Shown here in pieces: positions 1 through 10,720 of a stretch of 64,000 nucleotides of DNA. The stretch is from Vicugna vicugna (Eukaryota): NCBI GenBank assembly GCA_013265495.1, contig MU058423.1, positions 2,929,061 to 2,993,060 of the forward strand, written 5' to 3'. The position numbers were made by a program, and so were the translations under genes. Position 1 is the first letter of the stretch, and each line of letters opens with the position of its first letter. Under the pieces are notes generated by a model. That model had not been told where the DNA came from, did not search any database, and was given only the letters and a program-made list of their open reading frames with translations.

Positions 1-933
1 GAAACATGGACATAAGATATCCTCTATTCTTCTTGCCCCCTTCAGTCAGTCAGAGGATAAGAAACATCTTTAAAACCCCTTGCTTTACATCTTTGCTGAA
101 TTCTGGAAGGTCCAGAAAGACTCAGGGTTTCCAGGGTAAAGTATTCCCCCCTTGGTTAAAAAAAAAACAGTCAACATCTAAGGAGGCCAAGGGAGTTGCC
201 CTGGGAGGTCAGCACAGGGGAATGAGGTTTGGGAAACACCTACCCACATTCCTCTCCTTACCACCCTCCCTACCCAGTTTGGATGAGCTGAATCAGGGCG
301 GCTGTGAGTTGTGGGTGCTGCCAGAGTGGGACCACAGAAACCTGTGGCCCTGGAGCAGTTGCTTGAATAGTCTCTGCTTGTCCCACGCCCAGTGAGTGTT
401 GTCTGAACTGCATTTATGAGCTTCAAACTCACTCACTCACCCACAGCTCTCCCAGCTCAGAACTGCTCGGCAGTGAACAGCCTAGATAGACTTAGCTATG
501 ACTCAGCCCTCAGAGGACTGGCCCAGACATCCAGGGGACAGCATCCTCCGCTGGCCAAAGGAGACCCTCACTTCCATCAGAAGTTGATCCTAGAGATTGC
601 CTCTTCCCCCTCCCTCCAAAAAAAAAAAATGGGCAGGAGCAGGGATGATTCTTACAACATGGATGGTTCGGTACTCCTTCTGGAAGTTAAAGGGCCCAAA
701 CAGTCCATGCATGTTGGGAGAAAAGGGGCCTTGTCAAGAGCAGCCTTGGGCCCCAGAGGAAAGAGTGTCGGTGTGGAAATACAAAAGGCAGAAGCCAGGA
801 TTCTCAGGGTGGGGGGACAGAATAGAATGGAGGGTGGAGGGCAGAGTAGTGGTCCCTGAACAGTGTGGCACCATTCAGTGTCCTAGGACTGGTGTCTTTT
901 CCAGCTCTCCAGGCTGACGTCAGTGCTCCCTAC

Positions 934-1099
934 CTTGGAGGTAAATGATTTGATCTTCCCAAAGAGTGACTTCTTGCTGGTGAAGATGAGGTCATCCTCC
1001 ACATCTTCGCCCTCCATGATGGCACAACTGTCAGCTGCTGGCAGGTCACAGTCCTTGAGGGTAGCGTTCATCACCAGCTTGGAGTACTTGTACTCTAAT
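934..1099 (-). CDS. ELAPOR1: ELAPOR1 exon 21, cytoplasmic tail [11 protein letters not shown]...KSFTSK
   Basis: AG/GT boundaries, 166 nt. Confidence 0.95.
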
Positions 1100-1383
1100 C
1101 TATGAAACAAGGAGGAAGGGAAAGACAAGACACCAAAATGTGAACTAAAGGGGAAAGAAGGAGAAAAGCTGAATGATAAATAGGTATTCCCATATCATGG
1201 GTAATGGAAGTGAAGCATGGCAAAATGGCGTTAGGTCCAGGCATATAGCTAAGACTCTTGGCTCCCAGGTCAGTGATCTTTTTCCTTAAGGCTGGCTGTT
1301 TCTGTGATCTCAAGGCTTAATAGAAATATTGGAATTATAAAGTCATTATTTTTGTTAATAACAACAAATTAAGAATTCTCTGC

Positions 1384-1503
1384 TTTTTTTTTTTTTTTTT
1401 TGGTGGGGTTAGGTTTATTTATTTTAATGAAGGTACTGGGGATTGAACCCAGGATCTCATGTATGGTAAGCATGCACTCTACCACTGAGCTATACCCTTC
1501 CTT
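1384..1503 (-). mobile_element. tRNA-Ala-derived SINE (camelid vic-1-like)
   Basis: Minus strand GGGTATAGCTCAGTGGTAGAGTGCATGCTT...GGTTCAATCCCCAGTACC plus A-rich tail. Confidence 0.8.
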
Positions 1504-1749
1504 CATCGTTGTTTTTCTTTTGATGATCTAACAGCCATTCATAGATTGCCATGTGGTACCATCCCTGTTTAGGAGTCAGAATAACCAAGGCATATACCAA
1601 ATAAGTGGCTCAGCAAGTCTCTGGCCAGAGTCACAGGGACTATGTCCAACTCCAGAGAAAAGCTCCATGAATTTGTACTCTCAGATATTCCCCTCCTCGC
1701 TCAAAGATCCCACCCTGGCTACCCCCAAACTCCAATACCCCATATGTAC

Positions 1750-1928
1750 TTTTGATTCTTTTTCCAAAAGTAGCAGGTCAAGACGGTGAGCAGGATGGCA
1801 GTGCAGGTGCCTCCAGAGATGCCCACTTTCAGCCAGAAATCTAACGTTTTGCAGATGGTGACTCTCTGCTCAGGCAGGGAGATGCCACCAGAGCATAGCT
1901 TTGGTTCTCGCCACACGTAGGTCGTTTT
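1750..1928 (-). CDS. ELAPOR1: ELAPOR1 exon 20 incl. transmembrane segment ([25 protein letters not shown])
   Basis: AG/GT boundaries, 179 nt; hydrophobic stretch followed by basic stop-transfer residues. Confidence 0.95.
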
Positions 1929-2005
1929 CTGTTGGGGAGAAAAACAAGGAACTCAGATATCACATTCTGTTCTCCCCTGGGAAGTCCCCAAACAGAGAAA
2001 CATAC

Positions 2006-2132
2006 CTGGATCCCAGCCACGCAGCTACTGACGATAGCATGGTAGTCAGAAGCCGAGCAGAGCGGGCAGGCAGCCACACTCTCCCACAGGAAGTGGAAGT
2101 TACAGCCATCACAGGTCCCTTCGGAGCATGTT
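2006..2132 (-). CDS. ELAPOR1: ELAPOR1 exon 19 [10 protein letters not shown]...VAGIQ
   Basis: AG/GT boundaries, 127 nt. Confidence 0.95.
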
Positions 2133-3290
2133 CTAGCAAAGCAGAAAGGAGACTTGAGGGCTTACTCGCCAGACAGCTGGGAAGATCTGGCTGGAGTCCT
2201 GTCATCGCACAGCTTGCCTGATACATCCTCTCCTTGCCAAACTCTTAGCTCCATCAGGATCCTTCCATCTAGTCCTCAACCCAGGTTTTGCTCTCCGACT
2301 GCCCTTCTGCTAAGCACCCTCCCCTAGGTTCCCCACCTTCTGCCTGTTTGTTTCTACTGACAGCAGATGAGAGCTAATGTAAGCTGTCTGAGCCCCAGCA
2401 GGCTGCCCAACTAACCTGCCCAGCTAACAGAGGCTCCTGTTCTCCCCATGGACATGTGACATTTTGCAAAAGTCACTTTTATGCAGTTTCTTGCCGGGGA
2501 GGGTGGTGGGGCAGGGTTCAGGAATGGACTTCAGGTCATGGCTCTCTGTCATGTACTTTTCTGTAATGTTTGCAACGAGAAGAGCGAGCCTACATTTTGA
2601 CACCACTGCTGGGTCAAAATGTCCTGCTTGGCTCTCCATCTCCCTGACCATTTTCCTCAAGACACTAGTGCCCCTCAATATGTTAGTGTTATGTGGAAAA
2701 ATAAAAAATAAAAAGGGAGGTGGGGGTAGGGTACTGTAGTCAGATTAGTTCAGGAATTCTCGACTTAGTGCACTCCGCTATCACACTCAGAATTGGGTCT
2801 TTTCGTTGTGGAGAGATTGCTAGGATTCCCTAAACTTTTACTAACCCTAATAGTCATAGCAAGTACATTGCTGACACCGGGGGAAGTCCTCAAATTTCAT
2901 TGTGTCCTTTAATCCTTACAGCAACCCCATAAGGGAATTTATTATCATCCCCATTTTACATATAAGGAAGAGGAGGCTTCGAGAAGGTAAGAACTGTATC
3001 CATAACAGAGCTAGGAAGTGGAGGAGGGAAATTGAATGTGGCTCTCAGCCCCAGCACTCAGTCACTTTGCTAGGCAGCTGCCCCGCTGTGGTCTGGGAGT
3101 GGGAGGGCAGCTTTGGCTCTTCCTCCTGCCCCATTCTTGATATCTAAAGACTGAGGATTTGAAGCCATGGCTGTGTCCCCAAGAGCCCATTAATGGATCT
3201 TGGATGGCTTTCTCTTTTGCTTTTTCAGTAACCTTTGGTTCTTGGGGTGGGATGAGTCCAGGGAAGGGAGACTTTGTTACGTCCCTTTAC

Positions 3291-3392
3291 CTTGGCAGCG
3301 ACAGACTCCCAGGCACAGGTTTCAGCGGACTGCATCTGACGCGGATGGTGGTCGACCTCCCAGAACTGCAGGACTGGGTCACGTCATTGGAC
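3291..3392 (-). CDS. ELAPOR1: ELAPOR1 exon 18 [12 protein letters not shown]...SLSLP
   Basis: AG/GT boundaries, 102 nt. Confidence 0.95.
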
Positions 3393-3855
3393 CTGCAGAG
3401 AAAACAGCCCCCATGGGGGAATGAGTCACTCATCTGTGCCACTGGAGAGCCACCAAGTCAATATGGAACAGTTCCCCCACTGGGGGAGTCAGGACTTGGG
3501 CTCCAGCCTGATGCATAGGAGAGAGTGAGGATCAGGGAGATCTGGTCGGGGGAGATGCGCTGGTCTAGGAAACGTTAGCATATGCGTAATACTGGAGCCT
3601 CCTTAGATGGGAAGGGTAGTCCTCCGTAGGTCATCCAATATTCCTCCCTGCTGCCAGGGCAGACCTGCCCCAGTAATACCCAAGAAGCTGGGATAAAGAA
3701 CTCCCAGCCTTTAGCTCTCATGGCTAGGCAGATCTGCTAGCCCTTGGATGTGTTCTGACTTGATGAGTAGTAGGTGGCTAGAGAGGGAGGGACACAACAG
3801 AGATTGCGGGGGGGCCCTTGGTTTCCCTTGCATTATCCTAGCCTCTCGTTTTCAC

Positions 3856-3952
3856 CTATAAAAGAAGATCACGTCCGGTATTCCCAAGGACTCCGGGTGG
3901 AAAAGTTCAGCTGGGGAGGTGATTCCATCCAGAGTCATATTTGTTGTCACAC
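3856..3952 (-). CDS. ELAPOR1: ELAPOR1 exon 17 (G)[10 protein letters not shown]...VIFFY(R)
   Basis: AG/GT boundaries, 97 nt. Confidence 0.95.
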
Positions 3953-4257
3953 CTGCCAAATTAGAGCTCCTAATTAGTTCTCACTAGTAGCATTTAGCTG
4001 GCAACCACTTCAATCTTTTCAATATCTGTCTACATCCAACCTGCCTTCATCTCATCACATCCCTAAATCGCTCATAAAGGGTGAATCAAAGTTTTGTCAG
4101 TAGCTCCAGGGGCACTTGGTATCCCAGGATGGACTAGAAAACAGAGGTCAGGACGTCGGGCCCCTCCCTCATCTGGGACCTTTTACCTTAGTGCCCAGTA
4201 GCCTCACTCTCTTACACAGATTCACGAAAAACAGACTAGAGCAACTGAGTTACTCAC

Positions 4258-4438
4258 CGATAAGTCGATCGGCGAGGCTGACAGGCTGCGAGGACACTCC
4301 GGCCTTGTAGCCTGTCACCTCCGGGGGAATGATGACCGCCTGGCAGACGTAGGCTGTGATGGATTTGGAGAAACCTGACTCACCCTCAGGAATCCGGAGG
4401 TCTGTGACATTGTCGGTGCACACGGACATTTTCTTACC
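4258..4438 (-). CDS. ELAPOR1: ELAPOR1 exon 16 [13 protein letters not shown]...ADRLI
   Basis: AG/GT boundaries, 181 nt. Confidence 0.95.
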
Positions 4439-5099
4439 CTGGGCAGGGGATGTGGGGAGGAAGTGGGAAGGAGCGAGTGATCACAGAATAAGTCCCAAAA
4501 GGGAACAGGGAACAGTATTTCCATGTCTCAAATTTCAGCCTTCCAAGAGTATGCTGCGGTGGAATGATTCATCCCAATTCTAATTACAAGACAGATTTAA
4601 AAAGATAAAAAAGCTAAGGATAAGGCCTAGGTGTCCTAGTTTCTGGAACTCCGGCCAGAGACCTCCCCCCTCAGTCTTTTGTTTCCATGGAGTCATCTGG
4701 GAGGCTTGTAGGAGCAGGGTTGTGATGGTGGCAACTGATTTGGAGATCTAATCTACCAGCCCACTGGTTAAGGGCCTTCCTTATCCTAGTCGGTTTTCTC
4801 GGCAGATACTGAAACGTGTGACTGACCACGTGAAATTTATTTGAATATCTGGCCTGTTTCACATTCCCTCTCTGTGACTTCCTTGGAGCTGTGATTCCAC
4901 CATGCTTGTCTTGGAAGCACTTTCCAGACAGTGTCTCCCAGGGGTTAAAACAGGGTCCTCATAACCAGCCTTTTCCCTCCCTGGAGGGAGGGCATCGTAG
5001 GAGCAACTGGAACCTATTCCATGAAAAAATATTTATCAAGAGAAGAAAGATTGCTTCCCCTCCTAAAACAACCCAAACTGTATAGAATAGAACTCTGGA

Positions 5100-6030
5100 A
5101 GATGGTAGGAACTGAGACTCCTTCCTCGTGATTTTGTAATAGAAGAAATATTGAGATATGGATGGTTCCTTCAAAAATTTCTTAAATGTATGGAATATCA
5201 ATATATAACTTGCCTGCTAATGTAAAATCATTTGTTCAATATTTTAAACTTAAGTAGATTAAGCATTTAGAATGTAGGATTTTTGATACTATAAATTTTA
5301 TTACAAATAGAGCTAAGTTGCTAAATCTGGTATTTATTTTCAAGATTGTAAGAAATAGGTAAAGAACACGAGAACAGAAAGAAACCTTCATGTTATGTAA
5401 GAATAAGGAAGCAAAGAAGAAGAAAAAAAGAAAGCAGAAAAAAACACAGACTCTCCAAATTCCCATCTTCTCTCTCCCAACTCATTGAATGAAATTTTTG
5501 CTATGTGGGACTTGCTTTCATCAGTCTCAATTCCTGAGTCATCACTGTCACCTCGCAGGCTCTCTTTTAACTTCTTCAAAGACTTTTGAAAAACGAGATA
5601 GAGACATCTGTCTCCAGTCTTTCACAGATTAGCCTATTTCTTGACAAGTTCTCTATATAAACACAAATCAACTGTTTTGTGTGCTGCAGAAGATGTCTAG
5701 AAGCTGTGTGGTGTAAAGGCCTTACCTCCACACAGAGTCACAGACTACATGCTGAAGACACTCTTTATTTCGTAACGTTCGAAACTGACTTTCCGACTGT
5801 TAATCCTGGCTTGTTTGTAATTTAGTCAAGTGCAGTCTTGATGTGATCACCCTTTACATTTCTGCCTTTGAATCTGGGATCCAGAATATTTGCAGCAGCA
5901 TGAAATGCTGACGGTAACATGTACTGTCAGCAAAGATACATGTAGATGAACTAAGCATGATTTATTTTATCCAGCCTCTAGACAACACATGAACAAGTGC
6001 CATGATTACTGAAGACTGCTTTTTCAAGGA
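5100..6030 (-). mobile_element. Degraded hAT DNA transposon (transposase C-terminal remnant, Tip100/Zaphod-like); boundaries approximate
   Basis: Minus strand ~5910-5852 reads AFHAAANILDPRFKGRNVK (hAT LDPRFK motif), followed by decayed TSSAA / RNRL and an acidic tail (DSDDSGIETDES). Confidence 0.6.
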
Positions 6031-6347
6031 AAAAGAAAAAATCTTTCTCCTACATAGTTTTTTTAAAATTGAAGTATAGCTGATACACATGCATAGTTTT
6101 TATGTAATCATTTTGAGGGAATAAAGAAAGGTCAGGGAGGAGTCAATGGATACTTTATTTTAAACACTTTCATTTTTGTAAATGTTTCTAATCCAAATGA
6201 TTTTACTTTGGAGGAGAAAGTCCTCAGGGAGAATAATAATCATTTAAAAATTTTGAATCCCCCCATGACTCTCCTGTGTCCTCTCTGGCCTCTGATCCAC
6301 TGGCGCCCCCTTTCCGTGCTCACACTGTCAGCGCCTGCACACCTTAC

Positions 6348-6521
6348 CTGGTTTCCGCAGAGACTGAGGGTAAAGTGGTGGAAGTATTTCAGCCCTTTGG
6401 AAGTGAAGCTTGGCCCCCCAGCCACAGAGACGGTGTTTCCCAAAGCCAGGAAGTTGTAGTCGTAAGTCCTGCTCGGAGTGCTGACTGAGAAGGTACAGTC
6501 GTTGTAGCACAGAGAGTGGAT
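6348..6521 (-). CDS. ELAPOR1: ELAPOR1 exon 15 IHSLCYNDC...SLCGNQ
   Basis: AG/GT boundaries, 174 nt. Confidence 0.95.
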
Positions 6522-7786
6522 CTGAGGGGAAAGGGATCCATCAGGTCGGCGGCACAGCAGGGCCTTGGGGGTGCCCAGTGGAGAGTGGCAGTCCCTCTCC
6601 CCAGCCTGGCCCGGCCCATGCTGGGTGAAAGCAGAGAAAGTATGGACGGGGGGTGGGCGTTAAAAGACGTGAACCAGAGGCTAGTGGAGTTTATGCGCAT
6701 CTTGCCATTCAATAATTAGCACTGATACGAGGTACAAACCCAAACCTGTTATTTTTCAGTAGGTACTTTGGTCCGATTCTGTAGCCTTTTCCTAGGCCTA
6801 GATTATAGAACTCTCTCAAGTCACAAGAGATCCCTTCTTACTTTCAAGCAGAAGACAACAGGAGCTAACTGGAAGACAGGTGTCCAGGATGGCAGAAGAG
6901 AAGCTCCAAGCCTGGCCCGCTGCCCCCATTTAAAACTCACCGAACCCCAGGTTCCTTTTTCCCAGGCTCTCTGTGAGAAACTGAACCATAAACCCTTTCC
7001 TTGCTCCGTTTTACGGTCCCCATGCGGTAGCAGCCTTATACAACTGTCAGTCCCTCCCACAGCAGCAGGGGGAGCCCTGGGGAAAGAAGTTTGTAATGAA
7101 AGTCCAGGGCGCCTCAAATAGGTTGCCAGGGGTCTGCAGAATCGAGGCACTTACTGCACAGCTAAACGGAGCAACGTCTGCAGACTGTGTAAAAAGTGCC
7201 TTGCAGATGTGTGTCCATGTGGTTGTAATCAGTTAAAGTTTATTTAAAGGCATTAATGAATAACTAAGAGCTTTTGGCCATGGTATTTTCTTCCATTCGG
7301 AAAGTGCATGGGGGCAACAGCACTGCTGTTCCACTTCAGAAGAGACCCTTGGGAGAGGAGATGGCAATGCCAATTAACTGTATGTCCCAGCAGAGGTGGG
7401 TTACCTTCCCCAAGAAGAGGGGACAAATTCCCATAATAACAGGCTGGATTGAAGTAGGCTGAATGCGAACCACAAGTCCCACTGCTCCTTCCCCTTGAGT
7501 CTCTCCACAGATGCCAAATAACCCTCTGGACCACATGGTCACAGATCTCCCTTACCCCTCACCTCAAGATGAGACTTGTCCATGACTGAAGCTCAGACCC
7601 TGAAAACCACCCCCTCCCACTAAGAACTCTCCATCTACAGTCACAGCCTGGATGAGTGTCCGCGAGGACTTCAACCTGGGAGTGTGCTCAGGGGAGTCCT
7701 TGAGTATCAGCCCCTCGAGAATCCCACCCAGGACCCAGCACTCTCTGAGGTGGCCCATCCAGAGAGCCAAGGTCAACTGCTGCTAC

Positions 7787-8050
7787 CTTGTTGCTCTTGG
7801 TGCCTGGACCGCAGGGCACGCAGGCCTGGGCGCCATAAGGCTGGTGGGCTTTCAGGATTGTGTTAGCGGGGCAGGAGCGGCAGGTTCCTAACTCCCGATC
7901 AATATAGTAACCGGCAGGACAGGAGGTGCAGGAAGAGCCCACGTCAGAGGCTTCCAAGGCACAGGGACGGCAGTAGGAGGCCACTCCATGCATGACATTG
8001 GTGACATTGATGGAGTAGATCTTGGCAACGTCTTTGGTGTACTTTCTGCC
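7787..8050 (-). CDS. ELAPOR1: ELAPOR1 exon 14 [12 protein letters not shown]...GTKSNK
   Basis: AG/GT boundaries, 264 nt. Confidence 0.95.
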
Positions 8051-8299
8051 CTGGAAACAAAGAGTCAAGAGGAGAGTGGGCCAAGGTCTGAGCAGCTGCA
8101 ACTGAGTGCTCTGGAAATAGCAGAGTATGACTTAATCTTTTTTATCCTATGATACTTGAGAAAAATCTTTAGAAGCTTCGTATTCTTTCTACTCACTATT
8201 AACTCTAAATGTACATTTTGTGTCATTTAAAAATGATTGAATAGTTTAAATGGCATATAAAATATTAAGTACCATGGAGCAATATGCAACAGACACCCT

Positions 8300-8406
8300 T
8301 TTAAAAAAAATTTGGGGGGAGGGTTATTAGGTTTTTATTTATATTTAATGTAGATACTGGGGATGGATGCTAGGCATGCACTCTACCACTGAGCTATACT
8401 CTCCCC
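8300..8406 (-). mobile_element. tRNA-Ala-derived SINE with internal deletion
   Basis: Same head as the 1384-1503 copy; part of the B-box region is missing. Confidence 0.7.
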
Positions 8407-8654
8407 TAGATACTCTAAAACATATATATAAAGCAGTTCTTTTCCTTATAAAAGGAAAACAATATTTGTAGAGAAATGAAGTCTGCATGGGAGATATTCC
8501 ACATGTTAACTGGGTCATCTCTGGGTGGTAGGATTATGGGCGATTTTATTTCTTCTTTTTGCTTATTTCTTTTTACTTATATGTTTTCTTGCAATAAACC
8601 TGCATTATTTTGAGTAAAGAAAATAAAACCAGAGTGGTTGTTATTAAAAATATG

Positions 8655-8960
8655 TCTGTGAGTCTGTTTCTGTTTTATATTTAAGTTCATTTGTCTTTTT
8701 TTTTTTTTTTTTTTTTGTGGGGGGGGGGTGGGTTTTTTTTGACAGTTTGGGATTTCTGAATTTTTTNNNNNNNNNNNNNNNNNNNNNNNNNNNNNNNNNN
8801 NNNNNNNNNNNNNNNNNNNNNNNNNNNNNNNNNAGATCTTGTATCATGGTGAAAAAGAACATGAAAACGAATATATGTATATTCATGTATGACAGAAAAA
8901 TTGTGCTGTACACCAGAAATGGACACATTGTAAACTGACTATAACTCAATAAAAAAAATT
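8655..8960. mobile_element. Truncated L1 3' end with apparent 5' inversion (spans assembly gap)
   Basis: 8655-8766 resembles L1 3'UTR in minus orientation; 8834-8960 is an L1 3' terminus plus A-tail in plus orientation; flanking TAAAAATATG repeats. Confidence 0.6.
8767..8833. other. Assembly gap (67 N)
   Basis: Run of N. Confidence 1.
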
Positions 8961-8984
8961 TTTTAAATAAAAATATGAACAGGG

Positions 8985-9963
8985 TAGCCATGGCGACTAA
9001 TGCTACTACCACTAACCCGTTGTAGCTGATCCCTCTAGGTAATGGTTGTTCTGTGGGGAGCTGGGCTGGGGAGCTGAAACTCTGAGTTGGGGCTGAAGGG
9101 CAGCACAGCCCTGGCTAAGTGTTAGGAAAGTGTACTGGACTGATTGCTTTCCTTCTCCGCGGCTCTCCTCGAGGCTCCAAGTCTCCGTGGCCTCAGGCAA
9201 CCCACATCTCTTCTTCGGGGTGGTAGGGTTTTCTAGAGGCAGGGACTTTTGACTCCTCAAAATTCACTGTCACCGGATAAGGTTCACACTTAGTGAATGC
9301 GTTGTCAGCCTTCTTTGTTTGAACTTGCCTTTACAGTAGTGGATAGCAGTCCCGTTCCACAACCTGGCATTTAAACTCCAGATCAGGCCTTTTTGTCTAT
9401 CTGGCCAGCTGAGAGGCACCAGGGTCTGGAATGAGCTTTAAAAGAGGACTCTGGAAACTAGTTCTGATTGTCATTCATTCATTCAACAGTTATTGCACAG
9501 TCTGTGCACTTGACACCGTGACTGGGCACTAATCTTAAATCACGGCTGTTGTCTTCAAATAGCATACAAACCAGTGCAGGAGATAGGATACTGGACAAAT
9601 AAACATACTAAATAACATGAAATCACACCAGAAGGAAGAAGAATTACTAAATTAGATCAAATTTTGCAAAATGGAAATAATATAACAATGTTAGTTCCTG
9701 GAAAAGGACCTGAAGTATGAATGGATATCCTTGACTTTTGTTAGATTCTGTTTTGTCTTACGATGACAACAAAGTAGATTTTTTTTAACCTTTTAATGTT
9801 TGGATTCTGTGAAGCCAAGTTTCCCATTAAAGGGAAATGCTTTGAAGATGCATTGTAAATGCTCATTTTTGTAAATTAATCACGATTATTTTGGGAAAAG
9901 AACAGTTTGTTTTTTGAAGACAAAAATAAAGGTGTTTTTGGTTAAAAAGTAAAACAAAATAAA
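8985..9963 (+). pseudogene. LSM5: LSM5 retrocopy (semi-processed), antisense within ELAPOR1 intron 13
   Basis: 8990-9038 reads MATNATTTNPL*LIPL then GTAATG; 9619-9720 reads EITPEGRRITKLDQILQNGNNITMLVPGKGPEV*; AATAAA 9925-9930; A-rich tail; direct repeat ATATGAACAGGG at 8973-8984 and 9965-9976. Confidence 0.9.
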
Positions 9964-10261
9964 CATATGAACAGGGCTGAACAGGGTATACCAGGTCAGG
10001 TATCATACATGTCCTCAGGGCAGGGTCTACTGAGGGGGGTTAGGTCATTTTAGGAGGTGACAGTGTCATCTTCCCCTGGAAGTCATTTGGACAAGGCTTG
10101 ATGTTCCTCAGGAGGCTGGAATAGGAAGTTCTCTGCTTAACTCCCTAAGATTCTTCCGATCATTGGATTCTGAAGCTCATACTTAAGCTAACCTTAGGAA
10201 TCCTCCCAGGTTCAGAGGTCTCTTCTGGAAGCTGGGGGTCTGAGGAAGGGGAGGAGCTTAC

Positions 10262-10399
10262 TGTCTCATGAAACGTGGTCCTCTGGAAGGCCCAGGTGAA
10301 GCTCATGGTAGCATTCTCCTCAATGATGTAGGTATAGGACTGTTTGCCTTTAGAACCTTTCCATGTCTCCACAGGAGTGTTGGTCCTCGAATTCACACC
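10262..10399 (-). CDS. ELAPOR1: ELAPOR1 exon 13 [13 protein letters not shown]...TFHET
   Basis: AG/GT boundaries, 138 nt. Confidence 0.95.
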
Positions 10400-10614
10400 C
10401 TGAACCCAAGAGAGGCAAGTGAAGAAGGCAAGATGGCTGGGTGGCTGGTGTGGGAGAGGGTGCCCACAGTGCTGCCATCCTGGGGGCCATCACAATTGGT
10501 CAGACCCATATTAAATGGTGAAGTCCCTGACAGTCAGGTCCATGGGGCAGAGGGGACCAACCCTCCCAAATAGTCCTTGGAAGCCCCAAAGCGGGCAAAG
10601 AAAGGAAGACATAC

Positions 10615-10720
10615 CACCATGAAGTAGAGCTCGCAGTTCACAGAACAGATGGTCTCAAAGACAAACGTGATCCTGGCCATCTCTTTATTCTCTGTGTCTG
10701 CCATCACTGATTGTGGAGGT
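10615..10720 (-). CDS. ELAPOR1: ELAPOR1 exon 12 [13 protein letters not shown]...LYFMV
   Basis: AG/GT boundaries, 106 nt. Confidence 0.95.

Noticed and set aside
915..922. Perfect CRE TGACGTCA next to exon 21
   Set aside because: A single octamer far from promoters is consistent with chance in 64 kb
1..933. Search for the final ELAPOR1 exon; ORFs 6-395 and 416-859
   Set aside because: No match to the expected C-terminus; the ORFs are unrecognisable antisense intronic frames
8984..8997. X-box-like palindrome GTAGCCATGGCGAC
   Set aside because: It is the Kozak/start context of the LSM5 retrocopy
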